From the IMG/VR virus record IMGVR_UViG_3300048856_000114, positions 1-40,918 of that record: DNA of 40,918 nucleotides. One strand, 5' to 3'. How positions within the stretch are numbered: the first letter of the stretch is position 1; each line of letters opens with the position of its first letter. Both the position numbers and the translations under genes were made by a program. The DNA is from a virus. Its lineage: Duplodnaviria > Caudoviricetes. The notes under the pieces are model-generated. The model saw only the letters and a list, made by a program, of their open reading frames with translations. It made no database searches and was not told the origin of the DNA. Shown piece after piece: positions 1-8,092 of the stretch.

Positions 1-1188
1 TCAGTTGAGCAGAATGTTCGCGGCCTGTGCTAGTTCTGTCCCATCATCGGCTCGCGGGAACAGGTGCCCGTAGACGTCCATCGTCATCACGATCGACGCG
101 TGGCCCAGCCGCTCCTGCACCATCTTCGCCGGCAGTCCTAGCCCGCCCTCTTCCTTCCGGTTGATCAACCAGCTCGCATAGAAGTGCCGCAGCGCGTGCA
201 TGCCGCTGTATTTGGCCTTGAGCACCGGCTCGCCGCCCTCGCCTTTCTCCACGACCGTGACACCAGCCCGGATCATCGACGGCACCAAACCCTTCTGCAC
301 GATGTTCGCGTGAGAGCGCGGCTCCCCATCGGGATTGGCAAACACCAGCGCAGAGCCATTGGCTTGCGCCAGCTTGTGCTCCTTCAACGTGTTGACCACC
401 ACCGGAGGAACAGGGATCGTGCGAGTACCGGCCTCGGACTTCGGCGGCCCGATCTCTCCGAACTGATCGGCGCGCTGGCTGACACGGATCTCACCACGCT
501 TGAGGTCGACATCCTGCCACCGGAGCCCCCGCAGTTCGGAAGATCGCATACCGGTGAAGACTGCCGTGATGATCAGTGGGCGCCAGTGGTCCGTCAGGGA
601 TGTCACCAGAGCCTTGATCTCCTCGCGAGTAGGTATATCGACCCCGACCTCCAAACGGCCCTTCTGGCGCTTCTCCTGGCGCCTGTCGCGACCCTTACGG
701 CTGGTGCGGATATCCCGAACAGGATTGCGCATGCACAGGCCACGCTCCGCAGCATCGGAAAGGATCGAGCCGAGCGAGGTGAGAACCTTCTTCACCATTG
801 CCGGTGATCGGCCCTCCTTCCGCAGCGTGTCCTCGAAGTCGCGCACCGCCGGCACTGTGAGCTTCGCCAGCAGCACCTGACCGATGAGCGGGACGATGTG
901 ATGCTCGAGGTGAGACTTGCGCTGGTTGATCGTTGAGCGCTCAAGCCCGGCGCTTTCCCCCGAAGTTATCCACAGGCTCGCGGCTTTATCCACGGTGACC
1001 GAAGCGCTGTCGGCGACGTGGACACCCTCCCTCACCTCAACAGAGGCCGTAGCGGCGAACCTGTCAGCGTCCTTCTTGAGCTTGAAGGTTTTCAGTCGGC
1101 GTTTGCCGGTGGTGTCGAAGTAGTCGACGACCCACGCCTGTTTCGCTTCACCCTTAGGCGTGATCCATTCCCGCTTTCGGACTGACAT
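1..1188 (-). CDS. int: Tyrosine recombinase / phage integrase
   Basis: 395 aa with catalytic motifs TGMRSSE, HALRH and LGHASIVMTMDVYGH, plus an N-terminal arm-binding-like segment. Confidence 0.97.
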   Translation of the reverse strand: MSVRKREWITPKGEAKQAWVVDYFDTTGKRRLKTFKLKKDADRFAATASVEVREGVHVADSASVTVDKAASLWITSGESAGLERSTINQRKSHLEHHIVPLIGQVLLAKLTVPAVRDFEDTLRKEGRSPAMVKKVLTSLGSILSDAAERGLCMRNPVRDIRTSRKGRDRRQEKRQKGRLEVGVDIPTREEIKALVTSLTDHWRPLIITAVFTGMRSSELRGLRWQDVDLKRGEIRVSQRADQFGEIGPPKSEAGTRTIPVPPVVVNTLKEHKLAQANGSALVFANPDGEPRSHANIVQKGLVPSMIRAGVTVVEKGEGGEPVLKAKYSGMHALRHFYASWLINRKEEGGLGLPAKMVQERLGHASIVMTMDVYGHLFPRADDGTELAQAANILLN

Positions 1189-1197
1189 CGGTTCACC

Positions 1198-1644
1198 TCA
1201 AAATGGGATATCGTCGTCAAGATCTCGGCTAAACACGTTGCCGCTGGTAGGAGTTGACCTCTTGGTCTCGAACTCCAGCCGATCGCCATCCCGGTCTACA
1301 GCCTCGATGATGCCCACATCGTGGATCGTGATGTGCTCGCCGCTCTTCAGATCGAACTCGATGCTATCGGTTTGGAATCTGACAGCCGTTATGAGCGGGT
1401 GACCGATCAGCACGTCCTTGGCGATGTCCGTCAGCACCTTCGTTTCTGTGAGACGATCCTTGAACCTTCTCGCGATCGTACGCCAAGTGTCGCGGGATTT
1501 AAGCGCCTCATCCAGCAGTTTCCGCGCCGCCTCAACTTCTGACTGGAGCCCCATCTCTGCCTGATAGGCCAAGATGCGTTCAACCAGTTCGCTTGGGAGA
1601 ACGTATACACGTCGCTGTGTATGCTCTTTGTCACCCGCCATCAC
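1198..1644 (-). CDS. Ribbon-helix-helix-like regulator (putative repressor) with C-terminal SSB-type acidic tip
   Basis: N-terminus RRVYVLPSELVERILAYQAEMGLQSEVEAARKLLDEAL fits an RHH pattern. Sits in the repressor position, divergent from the early operon. Ends in FSRDLDDDIPF. Confidence 0.7.
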   Translation of the reverse strand: MMAGDKEHTQRRVYVLPSELVERILAYQAEMGLQSEVEAARKLLDEALKSRDTWRTIARRFKDRLTETKVLTDIAKDVLIGHPLITAVRFQTDSIEFDLKSGEHITIHDVGIIEAVDRDGDRLEFETKRSTPTSGNVFSRDLDDDIPF

Positions 1645-1796
1645 ATCAGCCCATTCATCAAAATTGTCATCTTGCGTCTACTCGCATGGGATAACCCACA
1701 GCGCAATTGACTTTTCGATGGTACAAGCGATTGACATTCATCTGAACATGAACAAAATGACATCGTGGTTAATGGAAACTCTGAAGGAGAACTGAA
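1645..1796. promoter_or_regulatory. Divergent promoter/operator region (lysis-lysogeny switch)
   Basis: AT-richer gap between divergent regulators. TTGACA at 1731-1736. Repeated CATTCATC (1652, 1735) and CAAAATTGTCATC / CAAAATGACATC (1659, 1753). Confidence 0.65.
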
Positions 1797-1988
1797 TTGG
1801 AAAATCCAGGTGACAAGCCGCTGGACTTGGTGTGGGAGGTGTCGGAGATTGCGAAGCTGATTGGCCGATCGGATCGACAGACATTCCATCTCTTAGCGTG
1901 CGGGCAACTACCGGCCCGAAAGGTCGGCGGGCGCTGGGTGGCGGAGCGCAGCAAGCTCCTAAGCTTCTTTATGGGAGAAGCAGCATGA
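1797..1988 (+). CDS. Small HTH DNA-binding protein, excisionase/AlpA-like
   Basis: 63 aa, VSEIAKLIGRSDRQTFHLLACGQLPARKVGGRWVA pattern; TTG start with a GAAGGAG RBS. Confidence 0.85.
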   Translation: MENPGDKPLDLVWEVSEIAKLIGRSDRQTFHLLACGQLPARKVGGRWVAERSKLLSFFMGEAA

Positions 1989-2686
1989 CGATGCTAACGC
2001 TCCCCACCGTGACCATGTCGAGCCGCGAGATCGCGGAACTTACCAGCAAGCGCCACGACAATGTGGTCACCGATATCAAAAAGATGCTCGTTGAGCTTGG
2101 AGAAGATCTCCTGAAATTTCAGGGCATCTATCGGGACAGCATGAACCGCGAGCAGACCGAGTTCCGGCTGGATCGCGAGCTGACCGAGACCCTCCTCCTC
2201 GGATACAGCGCCCCGCTTCGTCGCAAGGTACTCATCCGCCTCAGAGAGCTGGAAGGTATCCTGGCTGATCCAGCGGCGGCCCTGAATGACCCATCGACCC
2301 TGAGGACCATTCTTCTCCAGAACGTGGAGAAGGTCATCGCTCTTGAGGCCGAAGTAAGCGAGCTTCGTCCTGCCCAGGAAGCTCTGTCCCGCATATCCGC
2401 CGCCGATGGCTCCTTGTGCATCACTGAGGCCGCCAAGGCCCTACAGATGCGCCCCAAGGATCTCTTTCAGTGGCTCCGGCAGAATGGCTGGATCTACCGC
2501 CGCCCAGGTGCCGGTCACGATCTGGGCTACCAGTCCAAAACTACAGCTGGGCTTCTCGAGCACAAGGTCACGACCGTCCTCAAGACGGATGGTTCCGAGA
2601 AGGTTTCGGAGCAAGTGCGGGTAACCCCTAAGGGGCTGACAAAACTCGCCAGCCTGATCAAGCCAGCAGTTCGGAGCGTGGCATGA
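1985..2686 (+). CDS. Phage antirepressor (Rha-like N-terminus, KilAC/ANT C-terminus)
   Basis: TMSSREIAELTSKRHDNV and GSLCITEAAKAL...QVRVTPKGLTKL motifs; ATGA-coupled start at 1985. Confidence 0.92.
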   Translation: MTMLTLPTVTMSSREIAELTSKRHDNVVTDIKKMLVELGEDLLKFQGIYRDSMNREQTEFRLDRELTETLLLGYSAPLRRKVLIRLRELEGILADPAAALNDPSTLRTILLQNVEKVIALEAEVSELRPAQEALSRISAADGSLCITEAAKALQMRPKDLFQWLRQNGWIYRRPGAGHDLGYQSKTTAGLLEHKVTTVLKTDGSEKVSEQVRVTPKGLTKLASLIKPAVRSVA

Positions 2687-3084
2687 ACACGGATCTCCAG
2701 AAAGCAAAAGGCCCGGCAGAGGCGGCAACCTCTCCGAGCCATGGTTCCAACATTCCCCAACAGGAAACGAAAATGAACAGCAACGTAGATAGCACCAGGG
2801 CGGCTGCAGCGCCAGTCCCTGTCCAACGAGACGAGGTAGCAGTCGCAAACGCCATGCGCGAGCTGGAGAATGCGATCCGCGAAGTCATGCACATGTCGGA
2901 CATCGCAGCTAATGCCTTCGAAGAGATAGGCATGAAGATCGCCGAGGACGCGAGCAGCGTTACCTATCGCTACACCCACCACTCGATCGACCAGTTCGCG
3001 TTCCTCATCAACAATGTCGCGATCCGTTGCAGCAATCTCCACCTGAGTTTCGATGCAGCTCTCGATGGTGAGGTGCGAGCATGA
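2683..3084 (+). CDS. Hypothetical early protein, helical C-terminal half
   Basis: ATGA overlaps at both ends; alternative start at 2773. Confidence 0.75.
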   Translation: MNTDLQKAKGPAEAATSPSHGSNIPQQETKMNSNVDSTRAAAAPVPVQRDEVAVANAMRELENAIREVMHMSDIAANAFEEIGMKIAEDASSVTYRYTHHSIDQFAFLINNVAIRCSNLHLSFDAALDGEVRA

Positions 3085-3293
3085 GCACGCCCTCCCGCAC
3101 GGTTCACAAGATCCTCGACATCGAGAACATCCTGTCGGCAGCCCGCAACCTGAACGACGCCATGTTCCTGGCCGCTGCCGGCCTCGTCGACATAAACAAC
3201 ACGAACGCCCTGCAGGCGATCGCAGACGAGATCAACAACAAGCTGCTGATCATCGGCGATCGTCTCGAAGAAGTCCGGGAGGAACTGGCATGA
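3081..3293 (+). CDS. 70-aa helical-hairpin hypothetical protein (array copy 1)
   Basis: ATGA coupling, RBS, phage-like codon usage. Confidence 0.85.
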   Translation: MSTPSRTVHKILDIENILSAARNLNDAMFLAAAGLVDINNTNALQAIADEINNKLLIIGDRLEEVREELA

Positions 3294-3502
3294 GGGGCTA
3301 TCACATCGACAATCTGGACTCGGCCGTCCGCAATCTCAACGACCTGATCGAAGTCATCTGCGAGGTCCAGTTCGAGTTCCAAGCCGGCAAGCACGACCCC
3401 CGCCTCGATAGCCTCCTGTGGATCACGCGTGACCTTTCCGAGGGGATCGTGAGGGCCCTCGACGACCAGAACGAAGGATACAAGAACGGAGCATCGGCAT
3501 GA
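3290..3502 (+). CDS. 70-aa helical-hairpin hypothetical protein (array copy 2)
   Basis: ATG at 3290 overlaps the previous TGA; GGAGG RBS; shares an RNLND motif with copy 1. Confidence 0.85.
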   Translation: MRGYHIDNLDSAVRNLNDLIEVICEVQFEFQAGKHDPRLDSLLWITRDLSEGIVRALDDQNEGYKNGASA

Positions 3503-3711
3503 GCAGGATCACATCTGAACTTATTGATGCCGCCTACGACGCCTCCGTCCTGATGCGGTTCCTTAGCCAGCGGCTATCGGAGGGCGAGATCACGGATGAT
3601 CTTGCTGGCGAAATGAGTTGGCTTCTCGGCAGCACAAAGAAGCGTCTGGAGCCGGTGATCATTGCGCTCGAGCACATTGAGCACGATCAGCAGAAGGGAG
3701 ACGCAGCATGA
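3499..3711 (+). CDS. 70-aa helical hypothetical protein (array copy 3)
   Basis: ATGA coupling, GGAG RBS. Confidence 0.8.
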   Translation: MSRITSELIDAAYDASVLMRFLSQRLSEGEITDDLAGEMSWLLGSTKKRLEPVIIALEHIEHDQQKGDAA

Positions 3712-3944
3712 GCGCCCTCTTCTTCAGAGTTTCGTGGCCTGCGAACGTGGACAATTATCGCGCCCTGCAAAAGCACGCAAAGCAGGTGGGCCGCACCCTT
3801 CGCGTAAAGAACGAGAGCCGCATGCGCGGCATCCCGATCTTTCTCTTCTACCTCAGCCGCCCAGAGAATCCCGATCGGCCAGAGTGCTTCTCCAACCTCA
3901 CTGAGGTCGAGGCAGCGCTGAATGTGACAAGGACGGCCGGTTGA
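3708..3944 (+). CDS. Hypothetical protein
   Basis: Coupled to both neighbours. Confidence 0.75.
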   Translation: MSALFFRVSWPANVDNYRALQKHAKQVGRTLRVKNESRMRGIPIFLFYLSRPENPDRPECFSNLTEVEAALNVTRTAG

Positions 3945-4966
3945 TGGGCGTCTTTGCAGATTGGCAACCCCGCTACGCCGAGCGGGGCGTAGCAACCTTC
4001 CCGGTCGGAGCTGACAAAGTCCCGGCCGTGAAGGGATATCTGAAGATCGGCTCCCAGGTCAGCAGCCAGCTGGCGATAAAATTCCCTGACAACGACGCCT
4101 TCGGCTTCGCATGCCGTCGAAACAGAATCACCATCTTGGACGTGGACACCTCTGACGAGCGCGTTCTTGCCGATGGCCTGGCACGTCATGGCTCCACACC
4201 TTTCATTGTACGCAGCGGATCCGGCAATTTCCAAGCTTGGTACCGTCACAACGGCGAGACACGGCGAGTAAGACCAGAGCCTGACAAACCGATCGACATT
4301 CTGGGCGACGGATTCGTCGTTGCTCCTCCCTCCAGAGGCAGCAAGGGCACCTATCAGATCATCCAAGGCTCGATTGATGACCTGCATGATCTACCGAAGA
4401 TGAAGGGGTTAAAAATTGACCCCAATAAGAAACAGAACACCCTCTCTTCTCCTCTCTCCCCCTCCTCCCCTCAGGGGATGAACACCAAGGATGTCGGGAC
4501 AAGGAACGATGAGCTCTGGCGTGAATGCATGAAGATGGTGCGCGGGTGCCGAAACATTGAGGAGTTGATGGTGAAGGCGATGGACAACAACCGGCAATAC
4601 TACCAGCCGCTGCCTGCCGATGAAGTTCTGAAAATCGTCGCGTCAGCGTGGAGCTACGAGGTCGAGGGAAAGAACTGGTTCGGGCACGGCCACCGTGTGG
4701 TCGTCGGGCACTCCATTGTTGATCAGTTGGCGGCAGCGGACCCTCGTGCTTATGCGCTCTTCTCGCTCCTCCAGCGGCATCACTGGGGGCGTGATTTCCA
4801 TCTGACGAAGTCTTACGCGTCCGCTCTTGGCTGGGCGATCAACACCTTTCGGGCGGCTCGGGACACGTTGCTTGATCGCGGCCTAATCGAGTGCATCCAC
4901 CCCGGTGGTCGCGGGCCCAATGACCCGCCAATCTACAGGTTCACCAAGGCAGGAGATGCAGCATGA
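3944..4966 (+). CDS. Bifunctional DNA primase/polymerase with PriCT-like and C-terminal winged-HTH-like domains
   Basis: YAERGVATFPV, ILDVD, VRSGSGNFQAWY and GFVVAPPS motifs; GTRNDEL...PLPADEVLKIVASAW (PriCT-like). Confidence 0.88.
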   Translation: MGVFADWQPRYAERGVATFPVGADKVPAVKGYLKIGSQVSSQLAIKFPDNDAFGFACRRNRITILDVDTSDERVLADGLARHGSTPFIVRSGSGNFQAWYRHNGETRRVRPEPDKPIDILGDGFVVAPPSRGSKGTYQIIQGSIDDLHDLPKMKGLKIDPNKKQNTLSSPLSPSSPQGMNTKDVGTRNDELWRECMKMVRGCRNIEELMVKAMDNNRQYYQPLPADEVLKIVASAWSYEVEGKNWFGHGHRVVVGHSIVDQLAAADPRAYALFSLLQRHHWGRDFHLTKSYASALGWAINTFRAARDTLLDRGLIECIHPGGRGPNDPPIYRFTKAGDAA

Positions 4967-5406
4967 CCAGCTTCGTCGACATAGAGTCCGGCCAGTGGGT
5001 CTTGGCATTTAACGAGCCATACGGCCCACACTTGCGCCCTATGGCCGAACATCTTGAGACCTTTGCCCAACGAGGCGGAGGCTGGGACAGCCATCGCAAG
5101 ACCGAAGTGCTCCACGTCTACGAGGTCGCCCAGGTCATGCCCAAGACCTACACCGTCGGCGAGATCATCACCCACGAGCGGCCATACATGAGCAAGCGGC
5201 AGTACCGCATGTACGTCATCGCGGCCGGCACCAAGGAGCAGATGATCGCCTTGCGCGACCGCTTCTTCGCAATCGGGGAACGGGCGAGCGACCGCATCGA
5301 GACGGAGATGTATCGCCGGATCCAGAAGTTCGCTGCCCGTGAGGAAGCCAAGGCCGTGAAGGAGATCCACCGCGCTTTGCCTCACATCTTTGGGAGGACC
5401 GCATGA
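4963..5406 (+). CDS. Hypothetical phage protein
   Basis: 147 aa, ATGA-coupled, strong codon bias. Confidence 0.8.
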   Translation: MTSFVDIESGQWVLAFNEPYGPHLRPMAEHLETFAQRGGGWDSHRKTEVLHVYEVAQVMPKTYTVGEIITHERPYMSKRQYRMYVIAAGTKEQMIALRDRFFAIGERASDRIETEMYRRIQKFAAREEAKAVKEIHRALPHIFGRTA

Positions 5407-5573
5407 ACCTACTCTCATTCCGAACTCGGAAGCAGCTAGTGGATGATGCCACTCGGACTGAACGCGAACGCTGCCTCGATTGCGTCCGGTATGCAGCATC
5501 TCTTGCGCCAGGTGATCACGCTGATCGGCTCGGTACTGCTTACAAGCTGATCGAAAGAGGATCGCCGAAATGA
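5403..5573 (+). CDS. 56-aa hypothetical protein (not in ORF track)
   Basis: MNLLSFRTRKQ...RGSPK; ATGA overlap with the upstream stop, GGAGG RBS. Confidence 0.6.
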   Translation: MNLLSFRTRKQLVDDATRTERERCLDCVRYAASLAPGDHADRLGTAYKLIERGSPK

Positions 5574-5635
5574 TCCTCCTCGACATCATCAAGCTTTGCT
5601 GGCGCCTGCGCCGCATCCGGAGGGCCATACGATGA
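5570..5635 (+). CDS. 21-aa basic micropeptide MILLDIIKLCWRLRRIRRAIR
   Basis: ATGA overlaps at both ends, GAGG RBS. Confidence 0.45.
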   Translation: MILLDIIKLCWRLRRIRRAIR

Positions 5636-6111
5636 CCCAGATCCTCAATGTCACGCGCAACGACGACGGCCAGTATGAGATCACCGACCCGAAGGGAAAG
5701 GTCGTCGAAGGTCCGTTCGACACGAACGCCGCTGCATGGCGCGCTCTCGATCGCCTTGACCAGGGTGGTGCCGACGCGCCACCGAAGCGTCGGTCTAAGA
5801 AGAAGAAGGTGCTGTGGGGCAAGCCAGAAAAGGTGACGAAATCCCCCCATAAGCCGAAAAGCCAAAAGGTAACCGTGGGTTACCATAAGCGGAAAAGCGA
5901 AAGCGAGCCAACGCCTTACGCGGACGACCAGATGAGGAAGAACGCTGCAAAGGCTCCAGGCTGGGTCAGAAGTGTCGCCGCCGTTAAGTTCGATCCGGCA
6001 GGCCAGCGCGCGTACCGAGACCAGAAGCTTGGCACATTCGGCGCCGCCTCACCGGTGAAGCGGATCGACCCTGCCGAATATCTCGCGGCCAAGGCACGAG
6101 GTGAGGCTTGA
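5632..6111 (+). CDS. Basic hypothetical phage protein
   Basis: GGAGG RBS before the ATG at 5632; lysine-rich. Confidence 0.75.
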   Translation: MTQILNVTRNDDGQYEITDPKGKVVEGPFDTNAAAWRALDRLDQGGADAPPKRRSKKKKVLWGKPEKVTKSPHKPKSQKVTVGYHKRKSESEPTPYADDQMRKNAAKAPGWVRSVAAVKFDPAGQRAYRDQKLGTFGAASPVKRIDPAEYLAAKARGEA

Positions 6112-6545
6112 GGTATAGGGTCAACATCTACCGCGTGGCGCGGGAGTGCGGCGTTCGGCTTCACGAGGCGAGCGAGCATTCCCCAGCCAGCCGGCGGCCC
6201 GCGGACTGCTTCTGCAAGCCAACGGTGCGCGAGATCGGCGCAAGACATGGCGAGGCGCATCTGCGTCTCGTCTTCATGTTGATGACCGGCAACCGCCGCA
6301 ATGCGCGCGAGCTGTATGCCGACATGATGAAGGCCGTCTCTCGGCTTCTGGCAAAGCATCCCGATCTCGTTCGCCGGCCGACACTGGTTGACGAGTTCAA
6401 CAACCTCGACCTGGCCCGTCTGCGTCGGCAGGCCAAGACGATGAATTGCGGCGTACCGATGAGCGACGTCTTGCTCGTGCTGCTGTCGGTCAAATTCCGG
6501 CCTTTGGAGGCCGATCTGGTGGATATGGCAGGAGAAGCAGCATGA
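6108..6545 (+). CDS. Hypothetical phage protein
   Basis: 145 aa, coupled at both ends. Confidence 0.8.
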   Translation: MRYRVNIYRVARECGVRLHEASEHSPASRRPADCFCKPTVREIGARHGEAHLRLVFMLMTGNRRNARELYADMMKAVSRLLAKHPDLVRRPTLVDEFNNLDLARLRRQAKTMNCGVPMSDVLLVLLSVKFRPLEADLVDMAGEAA

Positions 6546-7123
6546 AGTTTCAGGACTGGACAGCGAAGCTCGTTGAGGAGCGCATACTGGAGATGGCTGA
6601 CACGCTGCGGAAGCTGCCAGCCGCAAAGGGCCCGAAGATGTTCGGAACGGCCATGCCCGAGCCCGTCAGGAGCTTTCAAGAGGTTTACGGGGCTCACGCT
6701 GCGCGATACCGCGAAAGCGCTTCAGCGGCTGCTCTGGGGCGAATGGAGCAGGTCTTTGGCTGGATCAACGCCCTACCAGGCGAGGCTGATCGCAAGCTGC
6801 TCTACGCCTGGTCATGGGTGAAGGTGCGTAAGGGCATGAAGATCTCGGCTTTTGCCGAAGAAAATGAGCTGAACGAAAGAACGCTGCGGCGCTCAATAAC
6901 AATGATCTGCCAACGGATTGCTGCCAATCTCAACCAAAATGGGCAACTTCGGCTTGTTCACCCGGATTTACAGGTGTCCGAAACTCAGCCAGATATCACG
7001 TCAACAACGGTATCGTCCGAGAAATGCGTCACACACTGGCGCGCTTCGGACGCTAAGCCGCACGTCGACCCTGCTCTCGCTTCGGTCAGAGTAATCGAAC
7101 CCCGGCAAGCCCGGGTGCGGTGA
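6542..7123 (+). CDS. Putative late-gene transcriptional regulator (Q/antiterminator position; DUF6362-like)
   Basis: Last early gene; WTAKLVEERILEMADTLRKLP N-terminus and an HTH-like segment (ISAFAEENELNERTLRRSI). Confidence 0.65.
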   Translation: MKFQDWTAKLVEERILEMADTLRKLPAAKGPKMFGTAMPEPVRSFQEVYGAHAARYRESASAAALGRMEQVFGWINALPGEADRKLLYAWSWVKVRKGMKISAFAEENELNERTLRRSITMICQRIAANLNQNGQLRLVHPDLQVSETQPDITSTTVSSEKCVTHWRASDAKPHVDPALASVRVIEPRQARVR

Positions 7124-7167
7124 CTATCGATGACAAGCCGCTTCGTGAATTAACGGCCGCTGACCTG

Positions 7168-7335
7168 TTAGTTCGTGGGCGCTGGAGTAGCTGGTGATGA
7201 GGGAGCGGTGGTTCCGTTTGCTGGTGGTCTGGGAGCTGTACTTGCAGCCACTTCCGGGTGCCGCATCACCATGAACGCCGCTATGACAACGATGGCGACT
7301 GCTAAGCCTGCGATTATGATGTTCCGGTTTCCCAT
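7168..7335 (-). CDS. 55-aa membrane-anchored Pro/Ala-rich moron protein
   Basis: MGNRNIIIAGLAVAIVVIAAFMVMR...PAPTN; GGAG RBS. Confidence 0.65.
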   Translation of the reverse strand: MGNRNIIIAGLAVAIVVIAAFMVMRHPEVAASTAPRPPANGTTAPSSPATPAPTN

Positions 7336-7440
7336 GGCTGGTACTCCGACCCTAATGGCTGTTCGGGAAAATCACCCTAACCGAATTTCGGCCATTTGCC
7401 CACGACGGCATGGCCGCCGATCATGGCGACGGTCATTGAT

Positions 7441-7680
7441 CTAGACCACCAGCTTACTCAGTGCCGCTAGATGTTCGCCCTTCAGAGAATAGTCGGCACT
7501 ATCCAGGTGGACTTGAAGCTGAATTTCCATTGGGCCGGTTGTGTCAGCTCTCGCGAATTGGACTGCCTCACGCAAAGTGTCAAAGGTGAACGCATCACTT
7601 GTCCAGTCGTGGCGCCACAGAACTACAGTCGTTTCCTTGTTGCCCCAACGCATCAAAGCTTCATGTGGGTCAGAAATCAT
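7441..7680 (-). CDS. Hypothetical moron protein
   Basis: 79 aa, GGAGG RBS. Confidence 0.7.
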   Translation of the reverse strand: MISDPHEALMRWGNKETTVVLWRHDWTSDAFTFDTLREAVQFARADTTGPMEIQLQVHLDSADYSLKGEHLAALSKLVV

Positions 7681-7755
7681 GCGGTCCTCCCAAGGTCAAT
7701 CATGCCACACCTTAGGGATTGACGGCGGTGGAATGAAGGCAGGACTCTCACGACG

Positions 7756-7773
7756 ACCGCCCAGCGTGAGGAA
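7756..7773. repeat. 18-bp direct repeat ACCGCCCAGCGTGAGGAA, copy 1
   Basis: Exact match to 8428-8445. Confidence 0.85.
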
Positions 7774-7776
7774 AGG

Positions 7777-7989
7777 CTACCCGTTCCGTCTATAAGCTAA
7801 AGCAGTTTCCACGCGACCGACGATATCATCCGCCGGTTCTTTCACCCGGTAGGTGAAGAGACCATTGCTGTCGGTGGCAACCGCAATCCCAATAACCGAG
7901 CCGTTTCCTTCAGATCGAACGCTGACGACGTGCTCGGCGCTGATGTTGATGGCAGCCCCGGTTGACGTCGTTGCTTGAATGAACGCCAT
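7777..7989 (-). CDS. Small beta-rich moron protein, FlbD/SwrD-like pattern
   Basis: MAFIQATTSTGAAINISAEHVVSV...YRVKEPADDIV; AGGAGG RBS. Confidence 0.65.
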   Translation of the reverse strand: MAFIQATTSTGAAINISAEHVVSVRSEGNGSVIGIAVATDSNGLFTYRVKEPADDIVGRVETALAYRRNG

Positions 7990-8092
7990 GCTTTCCTCCT
8001 TGGCCAAGACAGCAGCAAAAGACGGCCGAAAGAATTCGGCGAGGTGCAAAGTCGCGAGCAGTGCGATCCACAGCGGTCATTAGGTAGGAGCC

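Noticed and set aside
1645-1796. Alphaproteobacterial LexA box in the switch region (GAACATGAAC)
   Set aside because: Spacing does not fit GAAC-N7-GAAC.
1832-1984. N-terminal extensions in the ORF track (1832, 3053, 6446, 21991, 22958, 30899, 40361)
   Set aside because: Downstream starts with an RBS or stop-start overlap fit better; the extensions overlap neighbouring genes.
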